A stretch of 64,000 bases of DNA from Myxococcota bacterium (GCA_965140415.1 OZ223209.1:4096001-4160000); one strand, 5' to 3'; shown: positions 18,701 through 28,628, counted from the stretch's first letter. Notes: generated by a model not told the origin, from the letters alone. Numbers and translations: made by a program.

Positions 18701-19658
18701 GTCCTTGACGCGCCAGTTGCTGGCTTTTTCAAGAAAGCAGCTCATCGAACCGAAGGTGTTGAACCTGAATGAACTGATCGTTTCGCTGGAAAAGATGCTG
18801 CGACGGCTGATCGGAGAAGACATCGAACTGAAGACAATACCCGGAAAACGGCTCGGCTCGATAAAGGCCGATCCGGGGCAGCTTGAACAGATCCTCGTCA
18901 ATCTGGCCGTCAACGCTCGCGACGCCATGCCGGATGGGGGCAAACTGATCGTGGAGACGGCCAATGCCGAACTGGACGAAGAGTATTGTCGTCTCCACCC
19001 ACATTCCCGACCGGGCGCTTACGTCATGCTGGCAGTCAGCGACACCGGGACTGGAATGAGTGATGAGGTCAAATCCCACCTCTTCGAGCCTTTCTTCACC
19101 ACCAAACCGAAGGAGCGCGGAACCGGATTGGGGTTGGCCACCATTTACGGCGCAGTCAAGCAGGCGGGCGGCAGCGTGGAAGTCTATTCCGAGGAGGGGG
19201 AGGGCACGACCTTCAAGATATATCTGCCCCTTGTGGCGCAAAAGGCGGAGCGTCTACAAGCCGCCGCTCCCGCAATCGACATGCCGGGCGGAACGGAAAC
19301 TGTGCTGATCGTCGAAGATGAAAAGAGCGTGCGAGATATGGCGATCCGTATCTTGAAACGGCTCGGCTACAACGTCCTGCAGGCTCCAGACGGTGGGCAA
19401 GCCTTTATGCTGGCCGAGAAGTACACGGACAAGATCGACCTGTTGGTTACGGACGTGATTATGCCCGGCATGAACGGCAGGCAGCTTGCCGAACGGCTTA
19501 TTCAGATCCATCCGGAAATGAAGGTGCTGTATACCTCCGGCTATACGGAAAACGCCATCGCCCATCACGGAGTCATCGACGAAGGGCTGCAATTTATCGG
19601 CAAACCCTACACGCCACAGGCCTTGGCCAAAAAACTGCGGGATGTGTTGGAACGGTAA
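15702..19658 (+). CDS. Hybrid sensor histidine kinase with about 7 PAS domains, HisKA, HATPase and receiver
   Basis: Repeated PAS/PAC ending in DITxRK; H-box GVAHDFNNLL; NARDAM, DTGTGM, GTGLGL; receiver VEDE..TDVIMP..KP. Confidence 0.93.
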   Translation: MSDKKKAPSDPAELRRRAVEKLSEKTSASTPSEEADVRKLLHELQVHQIELEMQNEELHTAQLELETSRDRYADLYDFAPVGYCTINAEGIILEANLTAATMLGVVRSQLVGKPITRFIFKDEQDIYYLHRKDLLETGEPHSSELRMIKSDGSEFWVNLSASAEQDPDGVAGCRVVMSDITKRKQAEELFQVQSKFLETLLDSIPSPVFYKDIDGRYLGCNRSFEAIVGRKRQEIVGKTVYEAWPDRYADTYREKDLELIENPGKQQYESQLLSANGEERDTIFYKSTFANLDGSVGGIVGVMLDITERKRAETEVARSEKKYRTLLEAAFDLIYVIGRDDTVLYVNPAGSKLLGKPPEEIISKPRASFFPPEVAANQKIALDRVFASGEPFYREQENLQNEHVQWQETQLIPLKISDGSVESVLGISRDISERKQAEEQFRTIFTMSLDLICIASIETSTFTKINPAFSRLLGYTEAELLGKPFLEFIHPDDVEPTQRVVEEQLRAGKTVLHFENRYRTAGGDYCWLDWNSHPNAENGVTFAIARNITDKKRSEELIKQYRRELELTLEATTDGIWKWNFINDELEFSPQYYTMLGYEQNEFPADFENWKALIHPDDLNETLRGAAEYLKTKADVYDNEFRMRTKCGDYRWILAHAKVVERDKNGEAVRMIGNHQDVTERKQAEEELKAAEARTRSILSSIADTFYSLDKEWRFVAVNPAAEKAPFGRPASELLGKVIWDLYPGLVDTPIHRRYLDAKNNSSLEHYEAQSPLDGHWYEVFMQGWSGGVDVYMRDITERRQFEESLSESQRRLDLAIRSIGAGVWDWDVLNNRMIWDERMLELYGLQPEAFPGGVKAWENGLHPEDRARAIAECESALRGEKPFNTDFRIKTPAGEIRHIKADGAVLRDQEGTAVRMIGLNHDITERRRAEEERSRLEDQLQQAMKMEAVGRLAGGVAHDFNNLLTSITGNVQLSLMDLSPDDPLEGALTEIAQAADSAASLTRQLLAFSRKQLIEPKVLNLNELIVSLEKMLRRLIGEDIELKTIPGKRLGSIKADPGQLEQILVNLAVNARDAMPDGGKLIVETANAELDEEYCRLHPHSRPGAYVMLAVSDTGTGMSDEVKSHLFEPFFTTKPKERGTGLGLATIYGAVKQAGGSVEVYSEEGEGTTFKIYLPLVAQKAERLQAAAPAIDMPGGTETVLIVEDEKSVRDMAIRILKRLGYNVLQAPDGGQAFMLAEKYTDKIDLLVTDVIMPGMNGRQLAERLIQIHPEMKVLYTSGYTENAIAHHGVIDEGLQFIGKPYTPQALAKKLRDVLER

Positions 19659-19834
19659 GGCGAGATGGCGCGTGCCGCTTCACCGCACCCTCATTCGGGT
19701 GGCATTTCATCGAATTGAGGATTGAGTGCAAGCGTGAGAGAGTAGCGATCTAAATCGAGTATGGATCCCGATGGCGAAATAGTGCAGCGGAGTTGAAATT
19801 GATCGTATCGGCTCGTTGAAATTGGAGACAGGAA

Positions 19835-20725
19835 ATGATTGATAAGAAAGAATCGGCGACTTTGCCCGAATGGCTACCGATGGAGCTTTTCCCCTTTGAA
19901 AACCGATTCGCCGAAATCGACGGACATACGATCCATTACATTGACGAAGGTTCCGGTCCGACTCTTCTTCTGCTGCATGGCAATCCCACCTGGTCTTTTC
20001 TGTACCGTGATATCGTATTGGAACTCAGGGATCGCTTCCGTTGCATCGCTCTGGATTATCCCGGATTTGGGCTGTCCACGCCGACGGACGGATACGATTT
20101 CCTTCCCGCCAGTCATGCGCGAGTGGTGGAATCCTTCGTCAAGGAGATGAAACTGGCCGACATCAGTATCATGGTTCAAGACTGGGCCGGTCCCATCGGA
20201 CTATGGGTTGCCGGGAGGCGGCCGGAAGACATCAAAGCTCTCATTATCGGAAATACCTGGGCTTGGCCGATTGATGGCGATCCCCACTTTGAGCGGTTCT
20301 CGAAAATCATGGGAGGTCCCATCGGTGGGTTTTTCATCCGGCATTTCAATGCTTTTGTCAATTTCCTGATTCCCTCCGGAGTCAAGCGAAAGAAACTGCC
20401 GAAAGAGGTGATGAACGCCTATCGCTCCCCATTTCCCACCAAAGAATCGCGCCTGCCGACCCGCATCTTCCCGCGAGAAATTGCCGGAAGCCCTGATTTC
20501 CTGACTGAAGTTGAAGCCGGGCTTGTAAATCTGAAGGATACGCCAACCTTAATTCTGTGGGGAGACAAGGATTTCGCCTTCCGCGAACAGGAGAAAACGC
20601 GTTTTGAATCGGCGTTTCCGAAACATCACACCGTCATACTCGAAGGCGCAGGCCACTATATCCAGGAGGATGCTCCGGACGAAATATCCCGATCCATTAT
20701 GGAATGGTGGGACCGGGGCATCTAA
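19835..20725 (+). CDS. Haloalkane-dehalogenase-like alpha/beta hydrolase
   Basis: HGNPTWS, nucleophile VQDWAGPIG, GNTWAWP, GHYIQED. Confidence 0.85.
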   Translation: MIDKKESATLPEWLPMELFPFENRFAEIDGHTIHYIDEGSGPTLLLLHGNPTWSFLYRDIVLELRDRFRCIALDYPGFGLSTPTDGYDFLPASHARVVESFVKEMKLADISIMVQDWAGPIGLWVAGRRPEDIKALIIGNTWAWPIDGDPHFERFSKIMGGPIGGFFIRHFNAFVNFLIPSGVKRKKLPKEVMNAYRSPFPTKESRLPTRIFPREIAGSPDFLTEVEAGLVNLKDTPTLILWGDKDFAFREQEKTRFESAFPKHHTVILEGAGHYIQEDAPDEISRSIMEWWDRGI

Positions 20726-20815
20726 TCATTCCACCAACGGCGCATAGCAGGAAAGACGCCCTTTGGTAATGGAGATGGTGCGATCCGTATCGGGCTGATA
20801 ACGGAGCTCCGGGCA
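20726..20815 (-). pseudogene. Relic 3' end of a paralog of the 22217-23347 gene
   Basis: Translates CPELRYQPDTDRTISITKGRLSCYAPLVE* versus CPELRYRPDNERYISVTRGRFSCYAPLVD*. Confidence 0.8.
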
Positions 20816-20873
20816 GCTTTAATGGGGTCCCTGGCACCTGTTCCAGCACCTGTTAAGCAGTTAGGACGGGCGT

Positions 20874-22199
20874 TCAGGGTGCGGCTCGCCGGTTCTCCGC
20901 GATGGTTCCGGAGCAGAACCATGTCGTTCGGGGGTCGTCGGGCTGGGACCGGGCGCGTTCGAACACGAAGGCGAAACGCCCTTGATGCACGGCGAGCCTA
21001 AAGGGCCGCCCGGTCTCGGGGACCGGCGCGGAAAAAAAGGCCAGCTCGCTCCAGGTTTCGCCTGCGTCGGGTGTGACCATGGCGTACGCGCCGTCGTAAT
21101 CCCCAGTCGTCCAGACCACTGCCCCGTCGTCATCCTCTGAGGCGATGGCGGGCGAAAAGTAATAGTCTAGGGCGCCGCCCGAATCGAGGATGACCCGCTC
21201 GGTGATCGAACGACCCCCGTCCCGGCTGACCAGCACGTACAGACTCTGCACGGAGGCGTAGCCGGCCGTACCCAGCAACAGAACCTTGTCGCCAAAGCTG
21301 GCGAGGCCCGTCGCACCGGCGGAGGTCGCCGTGTCATCGCCGCCTTGGAGCTTGACGAAGCTCCCGCCATCGTCTTCGCTTCGGTAGATCCAGCCGGAGG
21401 TGATCAGGATGACGCCGTCGCGCCGGTACGCTCCGCCGGTCCAACCCAGGCCGATCATGCGGAGCGCGGGCCGTTCGCCCTCGCCGGCGTCGGCAAGATA
21501 AACCTTCGATCCGCAACCAAAAATCCCCGTGTCGTAGTCGAAGGTCAAAAAGCGCAGGTCCGGGTCGCCCGAGGCGAACAGCGCGGGCTCCCAGCCCGGG
21601 CAGATCGTCCGGCCGTCCTCGGAAACCATTCGCGCGACCTCCTGGGACCACGCCCCCTCGGTGTCGCGCAGCACCTCGAATTTATAGGTCTCACGCACCG
21701 CCAGTAGCCGCAGCGCGCCGTTTTCCTCTTCACGCAGGTCCGCCGCAGCCGCCGCGTAGACCGACGGCTCTCCCTCGTCGAACACGGGATCGTCCACGGG
21801 CGCACGATGGTGCATGAGGGCGTTGAGGTTGTCCTCACCGGTCAGCCGGAACACGTGCCACTCGCCGCCAACTCCGAAGACCGCCGGCCGGGTTCCTTCA
21901 CCCTCGCCGATTTGAAGGCATTCGGCGGTTTGTGGCGCCGGCAGGTCGACCGCGGCCGGAACGCCCTCGTTCCAGTGATCGCGCGCGGGCGCTTCGTCGT
22001 CCGTCTCGGCGGGGTCGTCGTCGCCGTCGGTGCTGTCTCCGTCCAACGACACATCTTCATTCAGATCCCCGTCCACGGGGATATCGCCATCCGTCCGGTC
22101 CCCATCGATACCGGCGGACACGCCGCCGCCATTCGAACAGGCCAGAAGAGCAACAGAAAGCAATATCGCAATGATTAGCCGATTTTTATCAATTCGCAT
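20874..22199 (-). CDS. Lipoprotein with DGD linker and Asp-box (BNR) beta-propeller, sialidase-like fold
   Basis: Lipobox LLAC; SEDDGGSF, SRDGGRSI, TPDAGETW. Confidence 0.7.
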   Translation of the reverse strand: MRIDKNRLIIAILLSVALLACSNGGGVSAGIDGDRTDGDIPVDGDLNEDVSLDGDSTDGDDDPAETDDEAPARDHWNEGVPAAVDLPAPQTAECLQIGEGEGTRPAVFGVGGEWHVFRLTGEDNLNALMHHRAPVDDPVFDEGEPSVYAAAAADLREEENGALRLLAVRETYKFEVLRDTEGAWSQEVARMVSEDGRTICPGWEPALFASGDPDLRFLTFDYDTGIFGCGSKVYLADAGEGERPALRMIGLGWTGGAYRRDGVILITSGWIYRSEDDGGSFVKLQGGDDTATSAGATGLASFGDKVLLLGTAGYASVQSLYVLVSRDGGRSITERVILDSGGALDYYFSPAIASEDDDGAVVWTTGDYDGAYAMVTPDAGETWSELAFFSAPVPETGRPFRLAVHQGRFAFVFERARSQPDDPRTTWFCSGTIAENRRAAP

Positions 22200-22216
22200 A
22201 GAAGTCCCCCTGTCGA

Positions 22217-23347
22217 CTAGTCCACCAATGGCGCATAGCAGGAAAAGCGTCCCCTGGTCACAGAGATGTAGCGTTCATTGTCGGGCCGATAGCGAAGCTC
22301 CGGACAGGTGAAGCGACCCCAGGCACGCTCGGTTTCACGATCCCAACTCAGGTCGTAGGTGCAGTCGGCGCGGACCGGGTTTTCATAGAAGGCCTGATCG
22401 TTGGCGAGTTCGAAGGCGACAACCAGGCCGCTTTCTTCGAAAGCCCCGTTGGCTCCTTCGGCCTGAAGAGCTTCCGGGCTTTCGAAATCCCAGATGCTCA
22501 GGCTGATCACGGGCAGTTGATTCTCGGGCGAATAGAGAATGAAGCTTGGAACCAGCAAGCGCTCGACGTAGCAGATGAAATCGCCTTCCGAGATGTCGTA
22601 GTGGCCGTCGCGTTCATCGCCTGTCAGGGTGAAGGAAATGAAGGATACATCGGTATTCTGCTGGATTTCACGCACACAGCGAACGTAGTTGGATCGTTGG
22701 ATTCCATCGTAGCTGATGCGGGCGAAATCAAAGCGCAGACGATAATACAGCCAGCTCGATGTTTCGACCTTTCGGGTTGAAGACCAGGTCCAATAGCAAC
22801 TGCCGGAAAGGGGCTGGTCGATGTAGCAGCCCTCATCCGACGGACCGCCGTAAATCGGTTCACAGCCGTCACAGGCCGGATCGTAACAATCCGAGAAATC
22901 GGCGCAGCTTTCGCTGATGCGGCAGACGCTGCCCGGTTCCGTGGCCGGGCAGCCTCGCACGAGGCTGCGGAGTTCGTCGATGGTGGGCAGGCGCCAGTCG
23001 GTGTGACCATCCAGCACCAGACCCGCGCAGTAGGCGTCGGCATCCGGCCAACTCATGGGATCGGCGGGCGGCGGCTCCTGCCAGACGAGCTCCACCGCTT
23101 CGAGATCATGGTCTCCGTCGGTGCTTACCTCATCCGTGTCCGCCTCGACGGCCTCTTGTTCGGAATCGCCGTCCGTATCTCCATCCGTCCGGTCGCCATC
23201 AGGATCAGGCCAAACGATCACGTCCCCGTCGGCGTCGGTGTCTTTGTCACCGTCAACGTTAGATGGCGTAGAACCATCACCCGAACACGCGCCGATCACC
23301 ACAATCGACGAAATAAGTAGAATGTACAGGAGCATCTTTGACAGCAT
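22217..23347 (-). CDS. DUF1566 (Lcl/C-type-lectin-like) domain lipoprotein with extra C-terminal domain
   Basis: Lipobox IGAC, DGD linker, LVWQ..MSWPDADAYC..DWRLPTIDELRSL..WTWSST..YVRCVR; GAGG RBS before ATG 23347. Confidence 0.8.
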   Translation of the reverse strand: MLSKMLLYILLISSIVVIGACSGDGSTPSNVDGDKDTDADGDVIVWPDPDGDRTDGDTDGDSEQEAVEADTDEVSTDGDHDLEAVELVWQEPPPADPMSWPDADAYCAGLVLDGHTDWRLPTIDELRSLVRGCPATEPGSVCRISESCADFSDCYDPACDGCEPIYGGPSDEGCYIDQPLSGSCYWTWSSTRKVETSSWLYYRLRFDFARISYDGIQRSNYVRCVREIQQNTDVSFISFTLTGDERDGHYDISEGDFICYVERLLVPSFILYSPENQLPVISLSIWDFESPEALQAEGANGAFEESGLVVAFELANDQAFYENPVRADCTYDLSWDRETERAWGRFTCPELRYRPDNERYISVTRGRFSCYAPLVD

Positions 23348-23579
23348 GGTTTCCTCGAAGAAGCTGTAACCACACAATATTGCAACGAGAATGAGCACGA
23401 AACCAAGATCATTCTACCCCAGAACCCCTGAGATTTGAATCACTTTCACATTTGGAATGTATTCGGCCAGCTAAAAGGAAGAGGTCAATCCCGTGTGGTC
23501 AAAAAACTAAAACAGGAACTTTCTGTTGAGATATCATGTCCTTAACCTCGATTTAAGCCCATTTTTACGTCCGCGCCCA

Positions 23580-24659
23580 TCACGCGGCCTCCCGGTAGTA
23601 ATATTTCAGCATCCCGCCAAGGCGCTCCCGGCATTTGATTTCGCCATCCGTTCGGGTCGGATCGTGATCGGTTGACGGGAAAAGCAGCAGGTTGTCTTTG
23701 CCCTGGTGGTTTCGTTCCTCGTGGTAATGGGCGAGATATTCGCGCATCGCCGTCCACAGGCTCTGCTCGCCGAAAAAGACGAGCTTCGAGATGCACTCGG
23801 ATTTCGCCGACAGCACAAACCGTTCCGAATAGGCGTTCAGGTCGGGGCTTCTGATCGGGAGGCGAATCGGTTTCACACCAGCGTCATTGAGAATACGCCG
23901 GAAAGCCGCGCAGAATTTCGTGTCCCGATCCATGATCAGATAGCGTTGGCCATCCAGACACCCAAAGTCTACCATTGTGGCGTTGATGGCCATCCTCTTC
24001 ATCCAGGCTTCATCCGGGTTGGGCGTGATGCCTGCCAGATGAACCTTCCGGCTGCCGATCTGGATGAAGAACAGCACGTAGTAGGTAATCAGCCCGAAGG
24101 GCGTGAAAACCTCTGCAGTGAAGAAATCGCAGGCGGAAAGAACGTCCTCGTGGAACTTGATGAAGTCGGCCCATGGCATGGTCGGCTGTCGCTTCGGAGC
24201 CGGTGGAATGCCATGTTTTTTAAGGATATTGCCAACGGTCTGGTCCGAGACGGTGAAACCGAGATTGGACAAAGCCCCCACGACACGGTCATACCCCCAG
24301 CCCGAATTTGCCTTGGCGATAAGAAGGATCAGATCCTCAACCTCTTTGTCCACAGGAGGTCTTCCTGCTTTCTTCCGCTTGTCCGAACTGTTGAACTTTT
24401 GCGCGACCAAATCCCGATACCATTTCAGCACAGTTTCCGGTTTGACGATGTGGGCGACGTCCGCAAGTGCCTTTCTGCCGATCCGGTTTCCAATAGTCGC
24501 TAATCGAATGCGTTCATCATTCGTCAGCTTGATATTACCATAGAGCTTCGCGCGCAGGATTTCGTTCTCCGCCGCCAAGTATTCGTTGCGGGCCAGCAAT
24601 TCCTCGTCCACGTATCCGCCAACCATAGCAAGAGCTTCCACTGCTTTCATATCACGCAT
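23580..24659 (-). mobile_element. IS transposase, integrase-core (rve/DDE) single-ORF type
   Basis: NEYLAAENEILR, GRPP, WGYDRVVGAL (HTH), ACDFFT, LIMDRDTKF, PDLNAYSER, YHEERNHQG, RLGGMLKYYYREAA. Element ends not firmly defined (candidate end CCCGTGTGGTCAAAAAA near 23490). Confidence 0.88.
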
Positions 24660-24803
24660 CCTTCATCTTCACTACCAGTTGAAATAACGACAATTTTCGG
24701 TGATGGTGAAACTACCAGATGACCTTGGCAAGGGCAAGGTTGGACCTGCTAATCGTCCGCGAAACTATGGATGCCAATGTGGCTATTTATTGGCCTCTTT
24801 CGA

Positions 24804-27800
24804 CTACGGAACGATGCAGGCTCCTGTGGCGGGATCACAGGAAGTGCCGTAAATCGCCGTGCAGTTACGGAATGCCGAGTTGCCCGTTCCCGCCGAGTTG
24901 CACGTGCCTTCGAACTGCTCGTCGATGCAGTATTTCTCGTTCGGCACGCAGGCCGCACACTGTCCCAGTTCTTCCAGGCAACCATAGCCATAGATGGCCG
25001 TGCAGTTGCGGAACGCCGAGTTGCCTGTCCCCGCCGAGTTGCACGTACCTTCGTACTGCTCGTCGATGCAATACTTCTGGCTCGGCATGCAGGCTGCACA
25101 CTGTCCCAGTTCTTCCAGGCAACCATAGCCATAGATGGCCGTGCAGTTGCGGAACGCCGAGTTGCCTGTCCCCGCCGAGTTGCACGTACCTTCGTACTGC
25201 TCGTCGATGCAATACTTCTGGCTCGGCATGCAGGCCGCGCACTGTCCCAGTTCCTCCAGACAACCATAGCCGTAAATCGCCGTGCAGTTACGGAATGCCG
25301 AGTTGCCTGTCCCCGTCGAGTTGCACGTTCCTTCGTACTGCTCGTCGATGCAATACTTTTCGCTCGGCATGCAGGCTGCACACTGTCCCAGTTCCTCCAG
25401 GCAACCATAGCCATAGATGGCCGTGCAGTTGCGGAACGCCGAATTGCCTGTCCCCGCCGAGTTACACGTGCCTTCGTACTGCCCGTCGATACAATACTTC
25501 TCGCTTGGCTCACAGGCCTGACAGCGTCCCAACTCCGGCATGCAGTCGTAGCCGTACAGCGCCTGGCAATCTCGGGAATTGTCGTAGCCGGTTCCCTCGG
25601 AGTTGCAGTGGCGCTCGGTCCCGCCATCTTCGGAGCAGGAGTATTCGCCTGGCTCACACTCCTGGCAACGCCCCTCGGCCGTCAGGCAATCGTAGCCGAA
25701 TAGCACCTGGCAGTCGCGCACATCGGCGACTGCCGTTCCGGACGCGTTGCAGGTGTACTCCTGCGTTAAATCTTCGGAACACCAGCTCTCGTTCGGCATA
25801 CATTCATAACAGACACCACTGGATTGGTTGCAGGTCGTCCCGTAGATGGCGGCGCAGTCGCGATAGCCCACGTAGTCGGTGCCCGTCTCGTTGCAAATGC
25901 GCTCCTCGTCACCATAGCAATAGGTCTCACCGGGCTCGCAGATGATACAACGGCCCGCCTCGACGTTGCAGGATGTGCCGTAAATCGCTGCACAGTTGCG
26001 GAACGCCGAGTTGCCTGTCCCTGCCGAGTTGCACGTGCCTTCGAACGTGTCGTCGATGCAGTACTTCTCGTTTGGCACGCAGGCTCCGCATTGGCCCGTC
26101 TCTTCCTGGCATCCGTAGCCGTATATCGCTGTACAGTTGCGGAACGCCGAGTTGCCCGTCCCCGCCGAGTTGCACGTACCTTCGAAATCTTCATTGATGC
26201 AGTATTTCTCGTTGGGCACGCAAGCCCCGCATTGGCCCGTCTCTTCCTGGCATCCGTAGCCGTAGATCGCCTCGCAGTTGCGGAACGCTGAGTTGCCTGT
26301 CCCCGCAGAATTGCACGTGCCTTCGTACTGCTCGTCGATGCAGTACTTCTCATTCGGCACACAGGCTCCGCACTGGCCAGTCTCCTTCAAGCAACCGTAG
26401 CCGTAGATCGCCTCGCAGTTGCGGAACGCCGAGTTGCCCGTCCCCGCAGAGTTGCATGTGCCTTCGAACTCGTCATCGATACAGTACTTCTCGTTCGGTT
26501 CGCAGACGTTGCAATGCCCTGTCAATTCGTTGCAGTCGTGACCGTAAAGTGCCTGGCAGTCGCGTTCGCCGACCACTTCCGTCCCGTCGGAATTGCAGAG
26601 CTGTTCAGTCGCACCGTCAGCCGAGCAGGAATACGTGTCGGGCAGACAGGTCGGGTAGCAGGTCTCGGTCTCCTGGTCGCAGAACTCGCAGCAATCGTCG
26701 CCGCAGGGCACCATCGAGCCGCTCACCTGCGGTTCGCAGTCGTCCACCCACCTGCCGCGGATGCAGGCCAGCGTTCCTGTGGACTGGCAGACTCCCACCC
26801 CGCAGACCGTTGGTGTCGTGCCGAGTTTCTCGTCGGTGAACCCATCGCAGTCGTTGTCCTCGCCGTCGCAAACTTCGATAGGCAGAATTCCAGCGCATAC
26901 ACCCCCGACTCCACAGGTATCCGTGTGCGTACAGGCGTTGCCATCGTCGCAACGACCGGAATTTTTTACTGTCCAACCGTCCCAGTCCGAGGCCGCTTCA
27001 CACACCCGACAGGTGCCATCGCCTGTCGCTGATTCCTTCGCACCCTCGGCATAGCAGGTCTCGTCGATGTAGCAGCCCGTATTCGTGCCGCTCACCACGC
27101 AATCACCGCCGCTGCATTCCGTTTCCGTACAGCGGATTTCATCCGTACAGGTATTCGTATCGTCTTTCACAGCCGTACACACACCATGATCACAAACATC
27201 GTCCGTGCAAGGGTTGCCGTCGTTCGTCACCTTGCAGACAGCGCCGTCCAGGTTCGACCAGTCACGGTCATTCGTAGACGGGTCACAGCCCACACAGCCA
27301 TCGGCATCCTGGCTCGTTCCTTTCGCCATGCAGACGCCTTCGATCAAACAGCCCGTTGTCACCCTTTCGACCATGCAAACACCATCTACGCAATAATCAT
27401 CCGTACAAGCGTAGCCCAGGTCACACGTATTGGTATTGTCATTCTCGTCTGTGCAGGTATTCGCCACGCAGGCCAAATCAGTGCAGGGGTTGTCGTCCTC
27501 TGTGTAGTCGCCGCAGCCCGCCGTGTCGGTACAATCCACGCACAGGCCGGAACCATCGCACTGGTCTGAATCGGCACCCGACCCATCAGCCTGACAGACC
27601 GTACCTTCAGAGGCATCATTGAAGGTGCAGGTATGTCCCTCAGCACACACGGCTTCGGCGCACTCATCGTCCCGCAGACCCCAGTCAAGATCGTCACAGC
27701 CAAGCGCATCATAGCAATCGAGGCAAACCCCGGAAACACACTGGTCGAGGTCATCGTCGCCGCATTCAGAGCCATCTCTTTTATTCGGATTCGAGCAAAC

Positions 27801-28628
27801 TCCTGTTGCCGTATTGCAGACTCCGGCTTCATGGCATTCATCAAGCGCCATGCAGTTAACCGGAGCGGTGGTCTGTTCGCAGGAGCCGCCAACACAGGTG
27901 CTTACTCCGTTGCAGGCGTTGGAATCATCCTCACAGAATACACCATCGTCAACAAAGTCATCTGCCGGGCAGTCATCATTTGCACCATCACACACTTCAG
28001 CCACATCGCACTCGCCGGCCGACGCCCGACATTCGTGATCGGTTCCACGCAACGACCAGTCATTCTTACTCACAGCAGAATCGCAAACCAGACAGCCATG
28101 ATCCGGATTTTCCGTCCCGTCGGCCACACAGGCAGTGTTAATGTCGCAAAAACCGGTATCGCAAACACACTGGCCCGTACCGACCTCGCAAACACGGTGA
28201 TCTGTCGCATTGCAGGGATTCGGATCGCAGGGGTCTACAGGCTCTTCTCCATCGGTAGCTTCTGCGTCAACAGAATCTGCATCCTCATCACCATCAACCG
28301 GTTCAAGATCCACGTCGGGATCGACGTCGCCATCTATATCGCCATCCACAGTGATGTCATTGTCTCCATCTGGAGCCGTATCCCCGTCGATGGGGTCGGA
28401 ATCCGTATCGCCGTCGGTATCACCATCAACCGAGATTTCGTCCAGGTCTCCATCCGCTGGTTGGTCACCATCAACAGCAACGTCCCCGTTGGTTTCGGAC
28501 GTGTCGCCGTCTTCAAGGATGGAATCCCCGTCGGAGTTCTGATCGCCGTCCGTCGTGGATGAAGCATCATCGCCATTACACGCCCAAATAAACGTAGAAA
28601 GCAGAATCACCAAAATTAACCGAAGCAT
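24804..28628 (-). CDS. Large Cys-rich repeat surface lipoprotein
   Basis: MLRLILVILLSTFIWAC after GGAGG (start 28628); DGD linker; disintegrin-like CRASAGECDVAEVCDG..CPAD; DDNPCTD repeats; EVCDGEDNDCDG; about 13 C-terminal 46-48 aa Cys units. Confidence 0.85.
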   Translation of the reverse strand: MLRLILVILLSTFIWACNGDDASSTTDGDQNSDGDSILEDGDTSETNGDVAVDGDQPADGDLDEISVDGDTDGDTDSDPIDGDTAPDGDNDITVDGDIDGDVDPDVDLEPVDGDEDADSVDAEATDGEEPVDPCDPNPCNATDHRVCEVGTGQCVCDTGFCDINTACVADGTENPDHGCLVCDSAVSKNDWSLRGTDHECRASAGECDVAEVCDGANDDCPADDFVDDGVFCEDDSNACNGVSTCVGGSCEQTTAPVNCMALDECHEAGVCNTATGVCSNPNKRDGSECGDDDLDQCVSGVCLDCYDALGCDDLDWGLRDDECAEAVCAEGHTCTFNDASEGTVCQADGSGADSDQCDGSGLCVDCTDTAGCGDYTEDDNPCTDLACVANTCTDENDNTNTCDLGYACTDDYCVDGVCMVERVTTGCLIEGVCMAKGTSQDADGCVGCDPSTNDRDWSNLDGAVCKVTNDGNPCTDDVCDHGVCTAVKDDTNTCTDEIRCTETECSGGDCVVSGTNTGCYIDETCYAEGAKESATGDGTCRVCEAASDWDGWTVKNSGRCDDGNACTHTDTCGVGGVCAGILPIEVCDGEDNDCDGFTDEKLGTTPTVCGVGVCQSTGTLACIRGRWVDDCEPQVSGSMVPCGDDCCEFCDQETETCYPTCLPDTYSCSADGATEQLCNSDGTEVVGERDCQALYGHDCNELTGHCNVCEPNEKYCIDDEFEGTCNSAGTGNSAFRNCEAIYGYGCLKETGQCGACVPNEKYCIDEQYEGTCNSAGTGNSAFRNCEAIYGYGCQEETGQCGACVPNEKYCINEDFEGTCNSAGTGNSAFRNCTAIYGYGCQEETGQCGACVPNEKYCIDDTFEGTCNSAGTGNSAFRNCAAIYGTSCNVEAGRCIICEPGETYCYGDEERICNETGTDYVGYRDCAAIYGTTCNQSSGVCYECMPNESWCSEDLTQEYTCNASGTAVADVRDCQVLFGYDCLTAEGRCQECEPGEYSCSEDGGTERHCNSEGTGYDNSRDCQALYGYDCMPELGRCQACEPSEKYCIDGQYEGTCNSAGTGNSAFRNCTAIYGYGCLEELGQCAACMPSEKYCIDEQYEGTCNSTGTGNSAFRNCTAIYGYGCLEELGQCAACMPSQKYCIDEQYEGTCNSAGTGNSAFRNCTAIYGYGCLEELGQCAACMPSQKYCIDEQYEGTCNSAGTGNSAFRNCTAIYGYGCLEELGQCAACVPNEKYCIDEQFEGTCNSAGTGNSAFRNCTAIYGTSCDPATGACIVP
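24820..26650 (-). repeat. Intragenic 141-bp (47-aa) tandem repeats
   Basis: TGTCCCAGTTCTTCCAGG occurs at 24961 and 25102 (period 141). There are 9 near-identical CxPxEKYCIDxxxEGTCNSAGTGNSAFRNCxAIYG units plus 4 diverged ones. Confidence 0.9.

Noticed and set aside
20726-23347. Diversity-generating retroelement (DUF1566 target plus a nearby repeat as TR/VR)
   Set aside because: Differences between the copies are largely third-position and not adenine-specific, the repeat is outside the DUF1566 domain, and no reverse transcriptase is in the window.
24820-26650. CRISPR array
   Set aside because: The 141-bp period is an in-frame coding repeat without unique spacers; no cas genes.
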